This document shows positions 1 through 11,659 of a DNA stretch of 64,000 nucleotides, piece by piece. Below the pieces are notes generated by a model. It ran no database searches. It saw only the letters and a program-made list of their open reading frames with translations, and was not told where the DNA came from. This DNA comes from Vicugna vicugna (lineage: Eukaryota). The stretch is from the NCBI GenBank assembly GCA_013265495.1, contig MU061560.1:1-64000 (forward strand), written 5' to 3'. Position 1 is the stretch's first letter; every line of letters begins with the position of its first letter. Both the position numbers and the translations under genes were made by a program.

Positions 1-91
1 TTATTTATTTATTTTTATTGGAGGTACCGGGGATTGAACCCAGGATCTCATGCATGCCGAGCACACACTCTACCACTGAGCTATGCCCTCC
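1..91 (-). mobile_element. tRNA-derived SINE (camelid vic-1-like)
   Basis: Reverse complement reads GGAGGGCATAGCTCAGTGGTAGAG...GGTTCAATCCCCGGTACCTCCA (Pol III A and B boxes, tRNA-Ala-like), followed by an (AAAT)n tail. Confidence 0.9.
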
Positions 92-478
92 ACGCTCATT
101 CATGGAACATTCTCGAAATGACAAAATCACAGAGACGGAGGACAGATTAGTGTTTGCCGGGGTTACAAACGGTGGAGACGCTATGGGGGGTGTGAGTGTG
201 ATGGAGCAGTGTGAGGGAGGTCCTTGTGTGGATGGGACAACTCTGCGTGTTGATTATGGTAGTTGTTACGAGAAATCTACACGTGATAAAATGACACAGA
301 GCCTGACACACATTGTATCAATGTCAGGATCCTGGATTCGATGTTACACAAAATGTAACCACTGGGGGAACCTGGGTGATGGGTACATGGCTCTCTCTAC
401 ACAATCTTCACAACTTCCTGTGGGTCTACAATTATTTAAACATAAAAACTTTAAAAATTGTTAAAACTAATAAAAACT
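92..478 (+). mobile_element. old L1 3'UTR (L1MC/L1MD-like)
   Basis: Motifs GACAAAATCACAGAGACGGAGGACAGATTAGTG and AAATGTAACCACTGGGGGAACCTGGGTGATGGGTACATGG, with an A-rich end. Confidence 0.75.
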
Positions 479-1575
479 TAGAAACAAATCACCCCCGTCT
501 TAGTGTTTAGTTAATCTGGAAGCTTGAAGGATCCTTGCATAAAGGCAGGAACATGTGAGGCTGTTGTCACTGCTTCCAGTGCCTTAGCAGAGAGCCGGAA
601 CACCAAAGTGGAGGAACCCTTCTGCTTGGAGTCACACAAATTCTGAAAACACAGTTCTGCCCTATTAAAGAATGTCAGAGGATGTAGAGTTTTGATGTAT
701 GGTGTTCATAAATCCAGCTCTCATTTTAACAGCTGTGAGCTGCAGGCTCACCACGGTGGGTTGTTAACAGGCTTCCTTGGCCCCGCCCTGGTTTCCAGCA
801 CCCCTGCAGCCTCTGAGGGGGTGTAACCCCAGGTAGGGCCACCTCCTTGCAGAGCCACACGAAGTGGCGGTCCAGCTGGGGAGCCTTGCGGAACTCTGGT
901 CCCTGAGGAGCACTAAACACCACGGGAGCAAACATCTCTGGAAAAGAGGAAAAGGAATAAAAGTGAACTTATCAGGATTCAACTCAAAATGAGTGGCACG
1001 CCTGGCCGAAAGGAGTTCTTACATAGATGCCGAGGGGACAGGGAGGTGGTTGTGACACACCAGGTGCAGGTAAACGAAATCCCACCAAGAGGCCAGAGTC
1101 CCTTCATCCACAGGTTTCCTTGTACAGATCTGGGAGTGTTTGGAACTGGATAGGATCCCTCGAGACCACCGAGCAGACGCTGAAGGCTCAAGCAGATGAC
1201 CTTCCTCTTCCTTCCTTTCCTGACACGGCACTGAGGCCCCCCAAAGACACACCCACTGATCAGAGGCCACTGATTAAGCCCAGCACTGGCTTCACGGGGG
1301 AGGGGCAGAATCCAGAGGGGACCAGTGTGTCCGGCTGGTTCTCTGTATTATTTACAGAAGGAATGGGTTTGTGGTGAGGATCAAGGGGTGAACTGCAGGA
1401 GTCAAGACCCAGAGTCAGACCTTCAAGTCAGTTATGATTCTTACAACACACACTTGACATCTGTTATCGTCCCCTTCAATACCTGTAGTTTTGTCCTGTT
1501 TCGGGAACTGCACTATGTAAGTCATTGCAGGACGGGTTGTGGCTCCTTGTCCTTTATGCTTCTGCAGTGAGTTCC

Positions 1576-2060
1576 TGTGTTAGGTTCCTACGGCTGCTGA
1601 AACAAATTTCCACAAACCTACAGATGCAAAACAACGCAAACGTATTATCTGATAGTTCTAGAGATCAGAAGTCCTCAAATCAAAGTGTCAGTCAGGCTGT
1701 GTTCCTGTTGGAGGTTCCAGGAAATGATCCAAGTCTTTGCCTTTTCCAGCTTCTGGAAGCCACTGCATCCTTGCCTTATGGCCTCTTCCTCTGTCTTCAA
1801 AGCCAGCAAGGTATCTGCGTCTTCCAGTTGCTCTCTGCATTGTCCCACCTCCATCTGGGACTCTGACCCTTAGCCTCCTTTTTATAAGGATCCTTGTGAA
1901 TATATTGGGCTCACCCTGATAACCCTGCATAATCTCTCCATCTCAAGATCTTTAGTTTAATCATGTTTGAAAAGCCTGTTTTCCCATATCAGGTAACGTA
2001 TTCACAGGTTCCAGTGATTAGGGTGTGGACATTTTGGGGAGGGGGGTCCTTGTTCATTAT
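1576..2060 (-). mobile_element. MaLR solo LTR (MLT1B/C-like)
   Basis: Typical MLT1 motifs: GGCTGCTGAAACAAATTTCCACAAAC, TTGCCTTTTCCAGCTTCTGGAAGC, GGTAACGTATTCACAGGTTCCAGTGATTAGG. Confidence 0.85.
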
Positions 2061-2229
2061 CTTATTGTTAGTGGTAGTTTGACAAAAACCTGGGTGAGGG
2101 AATGAATGAGACAATAATAAGACAATAGTGGTTTTGAAGATAGCTCTATCTAAAAACAGAAACACATCATACAGTGGAGAATCTGTAAGGTTCTGACTCC
2201 ATTCATGTTTAATAGAAGAGCAGGAATTA

Positions 2230-4225
2230 TTCTTTTTATGTTGTCAGTAAAGAGTAAGGTATCTTAAAGGTGAACATGTGATACAAAGGAAATTTCTAAA
2301 ATCAACTCCTTTCCTATGTATCATTAATAACCAATTGAAAACATGTTTGAGAAAAGATTTCAGCCACAAGACCAAAAAGAAGAAAGTTAAAATAGCAATT
2401 AAAGAGTAAGAAATCTAACGATAAAAATTAATAAAGCGTGTATGAGACTCACATGAGAAAAACTTAAAGAATTTATAGACTAACATAAAAATACTTAGCT
2501 ATATAGATTCTTCATATTCCTGGATTGAAAGACTCAATATAGTAAAGATGTCAATTTTCCCTCCAGATTAGTCTGGGGAAAAGTTTAAATGGAACTTAAA
2601 AACTGATTCTCAAGTTCAAGTGGAAAGACGGGATATAACAGTAGTTTTTGAAAAATAAAAATAGTGAATAATAATTCATGTATCCTGATATTTGAGGATA
2701 TTTATAAAGTTATAACTTAATGAAGAATGGCTCTGGTTGAAGAGACAGCAGAAAAATGAATGAAACAAAATAGACATTCTTAAGCAGTTCTGAATATATA
2801 AAGGAGAATTCAGGGTATTATATAAGATGGCATTAAAATCATTACAGAAAGACAGATAATTATTTGATGAAGTAGTTTAGAAAAATAAGTATTTAGACTT
2901 AGAGGGGCAAAAAAAAGTAAATACTACCATCCTCGTCCTAGCGGTGGTCATCATGCATGTCCCTTACTGCATATGTCACCCTCAGTTATAAGCGCTCTTG
3001 TGTTACTTACTGTAAGGTCCCCCAAAGCAGGGCTGATTTTCTCTGTATATGGAAGAACAGTAATAAAGCTCTGTCTCCCACTAAAGAAAAAATAAACAGA
3101 AAACCCTAAAACCTCACATTGTACTCCAAAAGAATTCCCAGTGGATCAAAAACAAAAAATGTCCTTTGGTTCATTCCCTGAATGCCTCATGTAAAGAGCC
3201 CACTGACGGCTTGGTGTCTATGTGGACACTGCGCTGGAGTGACCACAGGGTCTGGGACACTCAGCAGACGCTCACTGCAGCCACCTCTCCTCCCAGCTTC
3301 CTTTGTCCTCTTTCTGACCCAGAGTGTGGAAACCCAAACACACGCTTCCACAGGAGACGTGGCACTAGACTTTCTGCCACCACCCAGAATATCCTCTTTT
3401 AATTTTTGCAAAATATAGACCTCAGCCCATCGGGTAAAGGTGGAAATCATTTGTCAAAGTCTTTGGAATTTCAAAATACCATTGGCATCTCCTGTTCTCT
3501 CTAAAGCCAAGAGATCAGCTGATGGCTACTCCTGGGTTTCTGACCAGACGACAGACCCATCCCTCTGGAGAAAAAAGTGAGGCAGAGAATGTCACAGAGG
3601 GACTTCCCAGACCATGTTTATTAGACAATCTAACACCCACAGTGTCGTAGATACTTACCTTAGAGAAACTCTTGCATTTAAGTACCAGGAGTCCTGTATC
3701 AGGATGTTCATTGTAGCACTAGTGATAACTGAGAACATCCCAAAGCCGTGAGTAGTAGGGTCTAGTAGTACTGATTATAGTACATTATATTGTGAAATTT
3801 TATACAGAGCTACAGCTCTATCCATCAGGATGGATGAAGCTCACTAACATAACATTGAGAAAAAAGAAGAAAGTCTCAGGGAGTGGGTATAGCTCAGAGC
3901 ACATGCTTAGCATGCAGGGGGTCCTGGGTTCAATCCCTAGTACCTCTAGTAAAAAATAAAATAAAATAAATTTTTTTTAAAGAAGGAGGTCACAAAAGAA
4001 TATACACAGTTGGATTCCATTTCTATAACTTCAACACTGATAAAACTAAATTATACTGTTTATGGATATATGTGGTAAAACCGAAGTAAAGCAAGAGAAT
4101 GATAAAAGAAAAAAAGGGGTTGTGGCTATCTCAGCAGGTAGGAGGAGATGCGAGCAGGAAGCAGCCTTAGGAAGTACTGAAAGGGTTCCATTTCTATGAA
4201 GCACAAAAGTTTCAAATGTTGATGG
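2230..4225 (+). mobile_element. fragmented ancient L1 (L1ME-like ORF2 end and 3'UTR)
   Basis: A-rich strand with motifs TGGATTGAAAGACTCAATATAGTAAAGATGTCAATT and AGGATGTTCATTGTAGCACT. Interrupted by other sequence. Confidence 0.65.
3879..3970 (+). mobile_element. vic-1-like SINE (small deletion in A-box region)
   Basis: GGGAGTGGGTATAGCTCAGAGCACATGCTTAGCATG...GGTTCAATCCC plus A-tail. Degenerate TSD AAGAAGAAAGTCTCA / AAGAAGGAGGTCACA. Confidence 0.88.
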
Positions 4226-4239
4226 AGTCACTTCATGTA

Positions 4240-4440
4240 TATTTTTTCCTTTTTTTTGTCTGTGCTTTTGGTGTCATTATTTAAGAACTCCTTGCAAAAT
4301 CCATGGACACAAAGGTTTATCCTTATATTTTCTTCAAAGAGTTTTACAGTTTTAGCTCTTACATTCAGATCTTTGGTCCATTTGAAGTTAATTTTTGTAT
4401 GTAGTGTCAGGTAGAGAGCTTGACTAATTCTTTTGCATAA
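4240..4440 (-). mobile_element. L1 ORF2 fragment
   Basis: Minus-strand ORF 4228-4449 contains L1 ORF2 C-terminal-like YLTLHTKINFKWTKDLNVRAKTVKLFEENI. Confidence 0.8.
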
Positions 4441-4579
4441 AGTGTTCAATTTCTAAAGCTGTGTGTAGGTACACAGATATTTACTTTATAATGTCGTGTA
4501 TATACTCTTCTGTATGTGAACTATATTCCATAGATTTGAAACTATACATAGGAAATAATTGCTTAACAAGAGACAAAGC

Positions 4580-5185
4580 AGGAATACCATTTGGAATGTC
4601 TCATGGGTTTTTGGCTGAAACAAAAGGGTGGCTGGTGACAGCAATAAATGCAGAAGGAACAAGGTTTGGGGGAGAAACAAAATTATCTTTAGGATATGTT
4701 AAATTTGAGTAGCTTTTTCAACACCCACGTGGAGAAGTCAAAAAGGCAATTGGATAAATGAGTCTGGAGTTTAGAGAAGGAAGCAGGGCACCAGGTGCAC
4801 ATCTGGGAATCGATAGCATTTTGTTGTCATAAAGCCATGGGACTGGTTGCAATTGTGTAGACAACTCAGAGTAGAGACAAAGAAGAGTATATGGACCTAG
4901 ATTTAGAGTGTGCTAGTCTTTAGAAGATGGGCAGAGAATGGGGTAGGTACTGGAAAGGAGATTGAGAAGGAACAGCCAGTGATGAAGAATTTTGGAGAGT
5001 GTGGTTTAGAGAAAAAATGTGGCGTAGAGAGAAAATGTTTCAGCAAGAAAGGAATAGTCAAATGCCACTAGGAGATCAACTATGATTTGGACAGATAACT
5101 AGTCACTAGATCTGGCAAGACGAAGATGCTTGGCGGCTTTGGTAAGAGATGTTTCATAGGAGAAGCAGGTAAAAAGCTTGACTGC
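4580..5185 (-). mobile_element. L2 LINE fragment
   Basis: L2 motifs TTTAGGATATGTTAAATTTGAG and GGCAATTGGATAAATGAGTCTGGAG; purine-rich top strand. Confidence 0.7.
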
Positions 5186-5189
5186 CTTT

Positions 5190-6660
5190 ACATAACACAC
5201 TGGAGAGCTGATCAAGTGGCCAAACTTTGGTTTATTCACTTTACAAAAAGAACAATTTCCTTTAAATAAGATCACAAGCCATATTACTGACCTCCCATTC
5301 TTCTTTATAAAGCAATGCCTGTATTGATTTTAAAGCGTACCCTTCATTGTTGCATGTAGTTAGCTGGTGTAGCATCAGAACTGAACCCAGCATACTCCTT
5401 CCAGTCCGTGTTATGGCTTACAAAACAGCAACTACTCAAATAAAAAATATTTTCTCCAGCAGCACTGGATTTTTGTAATGAGCAGAACAAAAAGTACTTT
5501 AGTACTTGTCCTTCATATGCCATCTATAAGCCAAGAACTGATTCATTTTCTGCACATCGGTGGCTAGTGGCTTCATCCAGCTCTAAGTGGAATATTTGCT
5601 AGCATACATGCAGGGCAGAAGTTCCTCTTTCATCTTGAATGGCACCGACGTTACACAATGACAAATAATTTGACCGTGAGATCTTGCCAGTAGCTTGCTT
5701 TGCTTCCTCTCTGAGGGTATTTTCAAAAACTTTGCAGCTGCTTTTTACAGAACTTTTAAGAACAGTGAGAACTCTTCTAGTTCTGAAGGACTGCAACTTT
5801 GAATAAAATGTCTGTAGTTTTAGCCTCTTTCTGACTTTAGCAAAGAAATTAAATTTTGTACCATATTGTTTGTTTTAGTAGTGAAAAATTTAATTGGGTT
5901 GCCAGAGGCCACAGCGTTTTGTTAGAAGTTGGAATGAAAACATCATTAACTTCACGCCAAAACTTGACGAAATTTCTTTGAAGATAACACGGTGAGAAAA
6001 AATTAACTGGATTGCTAATTTTTAAATATCCACTCCCATACTTCTGTTTACATTTTTCTTTTTCACTTGTTTCTCTGAAATTATCACATTTGCCTCGTAT
6101 CTAAAAAAAGGAGTCCCGTTCATTTTTCACATTTATGACATTCTGAACTTTAAATGTTTACATTACTGTTTTCATCATTAGGTTTCTGCTTTAGCAAAAC
6201 ACCTTCAAAGTCCTTGATAACATTCTTAAAAACATTGAAGGTACAAGGCTACATAACAGTCACTTCATGAAGAATTAAAGTGTTGAGAAAATATTTTAAA
6301 CCGAGATGAGTTGCACCTGGTAATTGAACGTCAGTGGAGACAAACTGCCAAGTAGTTTTTAAAGTGCACCTGGTATCTTCAAAAATGAAATTATCATGAA
6401 GAATGTACTTAAGAGACTTAAGATTTGGAAACAACAGTATAAAATTAGCATTTTTTTCTTTTTTGGGGAGTATCACCCAAAAGTGACAAGCAGAATGAGA
6501 AAAAGAAACTACAGGACAGATCCCTAAATGACAAATCAGCAGAAAGGTTGAGCATGCACATTTTAGAACGATCTCATTAGACTTAGGGTTTGGGATTGGA
6601 TTTGGGTGAGGGTTAGGGCTAATTAGCAAAATATATTGCTTGAAGGTTAAGGACATAACT
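5190..6660 (-). mobile_element. decayed hAT-Charlie DNA transposon (transposase remnant)
   Basis: Manual minus-strand translation across frameshifts gives LELDEAT/DVQKMNQFLAY, YEGQVLKYFLFCSLQKSSAAGENIF...DWKEYAGFSSDATPA and HCFI. These match Charlie/Buster (ZBED5/SCAND3/FAM200-type) motifs LQLDESTD, EDFLFC, TTGEDIF, DWxxCVGxxTDGA and HCxIH. Confidence 0.8.
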
Positions 6661-7199
6661 TAAATCTCTTGTTAGAGTCTAAATCTTTCATTTCAGAGGC
6701 AGGAATGAGATCTGTAGGCTGGTTGTAGGAGCTTCTCTAGACTCCATATGATTCCAAGAAGCAGAGAAACTGTAGCAACATATGAATCATGTGGGCAAGT
6801 TGTATTTTCAGAAAACAGTCTGCATCTGTGACAGTGAGAGAAGAGACTTTACATTGTAAACATCCCTGTAATGGTCTATCTCCATTGGCTGGGGAGAAGT
6901 CAAGGTCAAACAATCTCAAACACGAAGTACTGGGTCATAAGCCAGGTTCCTGTTGGCTTGGAAATCAGTAAAGAGCCGGAGTAGGAGGACGCTGCTTGGA
7001 TGGGCAGGAAGCCAGAAAGTACAATGTTGACTTGAGGAAGTATTCCCTTAGCAACACACTTGTTGTGGGTATCAGGCCTTGGAATGGCAGCTGTGGGGAC
7101 AAACTGAACCTGAAACACTCTAAGCCAAAACCCCAGGAAGCACTGGAGTGTTCTTGATTACTAACAGAAATAGAAACAAACCTTGCCTAGGGGAGAGCT

Positions 7200-9293
7200 C
7201 GCCAAGTTTGGTTCAGAGGACGCCCCCAGATTATGATCAAGCAATAAACTCACAAACAAGATGACCACACACATAAGAAGGCAGTAACCATGAGTGAGAG
7301 TCAGCAGAAACAAGAAACAGATTTAGACTTCTCAAAGATTTCAAGTATTAGAGGCATAATTACACGCACGTAACATAAAACACTTACGTGGGAAGTGCTT
7401 TAAGTAAAGCATGCAACTTAAAAAGTGAACATTCAACTAGAAACACTCAGGAATGAACAGAAATATTTTGGAAACAATCCAAAAGAAACCAGAAATCAAA
7501 AATGTAACTGTTAGCAGCAAAACAACTTCAGTGAAGAGATTAACTAGATTAAATAAAAGAATAATAAGATCTAACAATTAGAGTTCCAAATAGAAAGAAT
7601 GGAAAGGAGGAGAGGTAATATATACAGAGATAATGGCTGTGAATCTGCCAGAACTGATGAAAAATATAAATCCATATCTTGAAAGCAAAGAAGAAATAAT
7701 GGAATAGGGAAAAAAAATACTTCAAGAAAAAAACTACAGAAATAAAAGGAGAGACTTAAAATGTAAAAGGAACTTTAAGAAAAAAAAAGGACACCATTGT
7801 GTCCTCATAAAAAAATTAGATTTGAAAAATAAAGCATTCTTTGGAAGTTAAAGAAAATAAATTACTTGTAATGGGGAAAATTTAGGCTGACTTCATTTTT
7901 CATCACAATAGTCACTCCTAGAAGACATTGTAGATAGAGCAACACAGACAAAATCTTCAAGAAAAAATTGTGGCTCAGAAATTCTATATCCAATCAAACT
8001 TAAGTATAAAGGCAAACAATTTTGAAAACCAACACAAGATCTTAGTAGGCATATTGTTTCCATGAAGTCATTTGAACAATCTGCCAGTAGACACATTTTA
8101 TCAAACAAAAGATGATTAGAAATCCTAAGGTAGGTAGCACAAAGATACAGATAAGTAAAACTAAAACTGAAACAAATATGTGGGGTTTTGCTATTAAACA
8201 GAAAGATAAACAATAAGGAAGATAATATAATCAAAATTGGGAAATTATAGAGAGAAAGGGAAGAAGGAAGGAAGAGAAAACCTGCTAATTGAATTATTGT
8301 TCAGAATAGGACATTTATAATGTCTGAAGATAAGGAAGGTTAGACATTACACAAAAATACCAACATTCATAATCATCAAAAGACATGCTCATACAACCAA
8401 GTAAAATCTCACACAGGAAATTATTTTTTAACCTCGAAAACATGAATCATAACACAAAATAACACGACATAACCATGACTAAACATATCTTTCATATCAA
8501 TATTGTAATAATTATAAATGAGTTAAACTCGAGGAGTAAAAGTCAGATTAGATACGAAACAAAAATAATCAACACTAAAAAAAGAGAAACTTAAAACCAT
8601 CAAAATGATAGAAAATGAAAAGAAAAAAATGATAAATGAATGGACAAACCTGACTAGGCTGATGCAAGCAGAAATGGTCATAATCTTCATTTCAAATATG
8701 ACTGAGTTTAGGACCAAAAAAACATTAGGTAAGAAAAGGAGGATCACTTCATATACTAAAGGGCCCAATTCAGAGACAAAACGTTTATCCATGTACAAAT
8801 AACACAGCATCAATATAAGCATAGCCCTTAGAGCAAAAGTTAAGGTCTGCATAGAGAAGTGGACAGAAGCGCATTAGTGACAGGGTACTTTAATTCATCC
8901 CCTTAGTCCATGACAGATAAGCATACACACACAAAAAGGACATAGTAGACTTAAACAACATAATTAAAAAGGTAGAGCTAAATGATAAATGTCAAGTTCT
9001 GTGGTTCTGAAAAGAGACTATACTTCCTATTTATATTTCCAATTTATTAAATTCTAAAAAGATAATACAATACAGATAACTTTCTCCAGGAGCAATGCAA
9101 TGAAACTAGAAGGCAATAGCATAACAAAGCATCAAAAGCCTCTCCTCACTTGGAAATAAAATACCGTAGCTCTTGGGTCCGAGAGAAAAATCCACATAGA
9201 AAATAATGATAATGAACACATTACGTATCAGAATGTATGTGATATGGCTAAAGCAGTGTCCAGAGGAAACACTGTATTTTAAATACTTTTATA
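7200..9293 (+). mobile_element. ancient L1 (ORF1 to ORF2 endonuclease remnant)
   Basis: Very A-rich. Motifs GAGATAATGGCTGTGAATCTGCCAGAACTGATGAAA, CAATGCAATGAAACTAGAA and GCTAAAGCAGTGTCCAGAGGAAA. Confidence 0.7.
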
Positions 9294-9438
9294 GTGTGCC
9301 ATAATAGCAGATATATTGACCTGGATGTGTTCAAGATAGCTAGGGACTGTATTAAGGGATTCCAAAAACCTATATAAACATACTAGTTAATGCAAAAAAT
9401 CACTACCTGCAAAATTACAATCCAAAAGTCGATGGAGA

Positions 9439-10558
9439 ATCTGTCTCCTAAGGCAAAAGAAATAAAAGTAAGACTAAACAAATGGGACCTAATTAAAATT
9501 AAAGTCTTTGCAACCACAAAGGAAACCATTGACAAAACAAAAAGGTAACCTATGAGATGGGAGAAAGTATTTGCAAATGATATGACTGATAATTGGTTAA
9601 TATCCAAAATATATAAATAGTTCATACAACTCAATATCAAAAATGAACAAAAAAACAAACAACTCAATCAAAAAATGGGCAGAAGAATTGAAAAGACATT
9701 TTTCCAAAGAAGGCATAGAGATGGCCAACAGGCCCGTGAAAAGATGCTCAACCCACTAATTATTAAAGAAATGAGAATCAAAACAACAATAAATTATCAG
9801 CTTACATCTGTCAGAATGGCCATTGTCAAAAAGTTTACAAATAACAAATGCTGGGGAGAATGTGGAGAAAAGGGGACCCTCCTACACTGTTGGTGGGAAT
9901 GAAACTGGTGCAGCCACTATGGAAAATGGTAAGGATTTTCCTCAAAAAATAAAAATAGAACTACTATATGATCCAGCAGTTCCACTTCTGGGTATATACC
10001 CAGAAAAAATGAAAACACTAATTTGAAAAGATGCATGCACCTCAGTGTTCATTGCAGCACTATTTATAATTGCCAGGATATAGAAGCAACACAAATGCCC
10101 ATCAACAGATGACTGGATTAAGAAGGCGCAGTATATCTGTATAATGAAATCAACCATAAAAAAAAAAAAAGAATGACATTTTGCTATTTGCAACAACATG
10201 GATGGACTTGGAGGGTATTATGCTAAGTGAAGTAAGTCAGACAAAGAGATCACTTATATGTGGAATCTAAAAAATATAATACAATTGAATGTATATGCAA
10301 AAGAGAAAGAGACTCACAGATACAGAAAACAAACTATACCAAAGGAGAGAGAGAAGAGAGGAAGGGCAAATTAGGGGTATGGGATTAAGAGATACAAACT
10401 GCCATGTATAAAATGATAAGGAACAAGAACATATTGTATAGCATAGGGAATTATAGTCATTATCTTGTGATAACTTTTAATGGCGTATAATCTGTAAAAA
10501 TACTGTATTAGTATGCTGTACATCTGAAACTAATATTGTAAACTAACTATACTTCAAT
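9439..10558 (+). mobile_element. 5'-truncated L1 (artiodactyl-type ORF2 end and 3'UTR)
   Basis: ORF2 C-terminal peptide [20 protein letters not shown]. The 3'UTR ends at ACTATACTTCAAT, where an LTR is inserted; the tail resumes at 11058. Confidence 0.92.
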
Positions 10559-11057
10559 TGTTACCAAGTCCAAACTTGTTCTGTTCACCACACGACAGGT
10601 CAGTCAATCGGGAGACAAGGTGCTGGGGCAAGGAATAACAGGCTTTATTTGGAAAGCTGGCAGACTGAGAAGATGGCAGACTAATGTCCTAGAGAACCAT
10701 CTCCCCCAAGCCAAAATTCAGGCTCCTTTTATACTAAAAAGGGGAGGGGGTATGGTTGGTTGGTGTAAACTTCTTGGTGTTGGAATCCTTTGTTCTTGCA
10801 GCTTTCCACGTAGGTCAGGTCATGGTGTCCTTGCAAACCTACAAGAAAAGTTATTTTCTATTCTGCAACTTTTTGTCTTTATATGAATGGGAAAGTGTTA
10901 TACCTTTAAAGGTCAGAGCCCTGAGAATAGGCTATCCTATGTATTTCAGGTTAGAAGCGACATTCTTTTACAAAAGGTGCAGAATGAGCATGACTAAGCA
11001 CAGGAAACAGAGCACAGGGTTAGAGACAAAGGAACAGATTTGTTCTTCCTTATTACA
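10559..11057 (-). mobile_element. ERV1-type solo LTR, family A, copy 1
   Basis: TG...CA termini, perfect 4-bp TSD CAAT (10555-10558 / 11058-11061), TATAAAAG and AATAAA on the minus strand. Homologous to copies at 17519, 33622 and 40399. Confidence 0.92.
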
Positions 11058-11134
11058 CAATTTTTTTAAAAAAAAATCAATGGAATTCTAGAAATCAAAT
11101 GGTCTTACAAACTCTTCTGGTATCAAAGCAAAAC

Positions 11135-11657
11135 TGTGAGTCTGGACATTAGCAAGGCAGGACTTTATTAAGGGAGATTATTGCAAATTGGGAGATACTC
11201 AAAACAGAAGCTAGAAACACCTCTGAGAAGGTGTGCCCAAGCATAGCTTTTATATGCAGAGACCATGCGACAAATGGTTGTGGAAAGAGGAAGTGAAGTA
11301 TTAAAATTGGTAGGGAAAATCCTGACCTTAATGAACCATGTCAAATTTTGCAAAAACAGGAAGATCAAGGCAGGAAATATTAGTTGGTGGTTAGGCACAT
11401 GAGATGAACTTCGCGTCTGAAATGAAGGAAACAAATTACAGTGCAGAAAGTTTGCATAAAGCTCAGGACCTGCCTTCCTGTAGCAGACTATAAAGTTATG
11501 TCGGGGGCTAAGTTTGACCAGCCTTCTCATTGGCTATCAGTGTCTGCTTAAATGATTTTTGTTTTTAGACAGATTTAAATTGCACATATTCTGGGTTGTG
11601 CTGACACAATCATCTCCTAGTAGCTCTACAAATATTCTGAGCTAGGTCTTATTTACA
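11135..11657 (-). mobile_element. possible older solo LTR
   Basis: TG...CA-bounded non-L1 block between L1 pieces, with minus-strand AATAAA and TATAAAA. Family not recognised. Confidence 0.35.
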
Positions 11658-11659
11658 GT

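Noticed and set aside
18..464. 148-aa ORF
   Set aside because: Spans an antisense SINE and an L1 3'UTR; a chance frame.
720..1400. GC-richer stretch with several overlapping ORFs
   Set aside because: No recognisable protein or splice structure. It could be regulatory, but nothing specific supports that.
9390..9436. Faint resemblance to the U1 snRNA Sm-site region on the minus strand
   Set aside because: Too short and gapped; no other U1 features.
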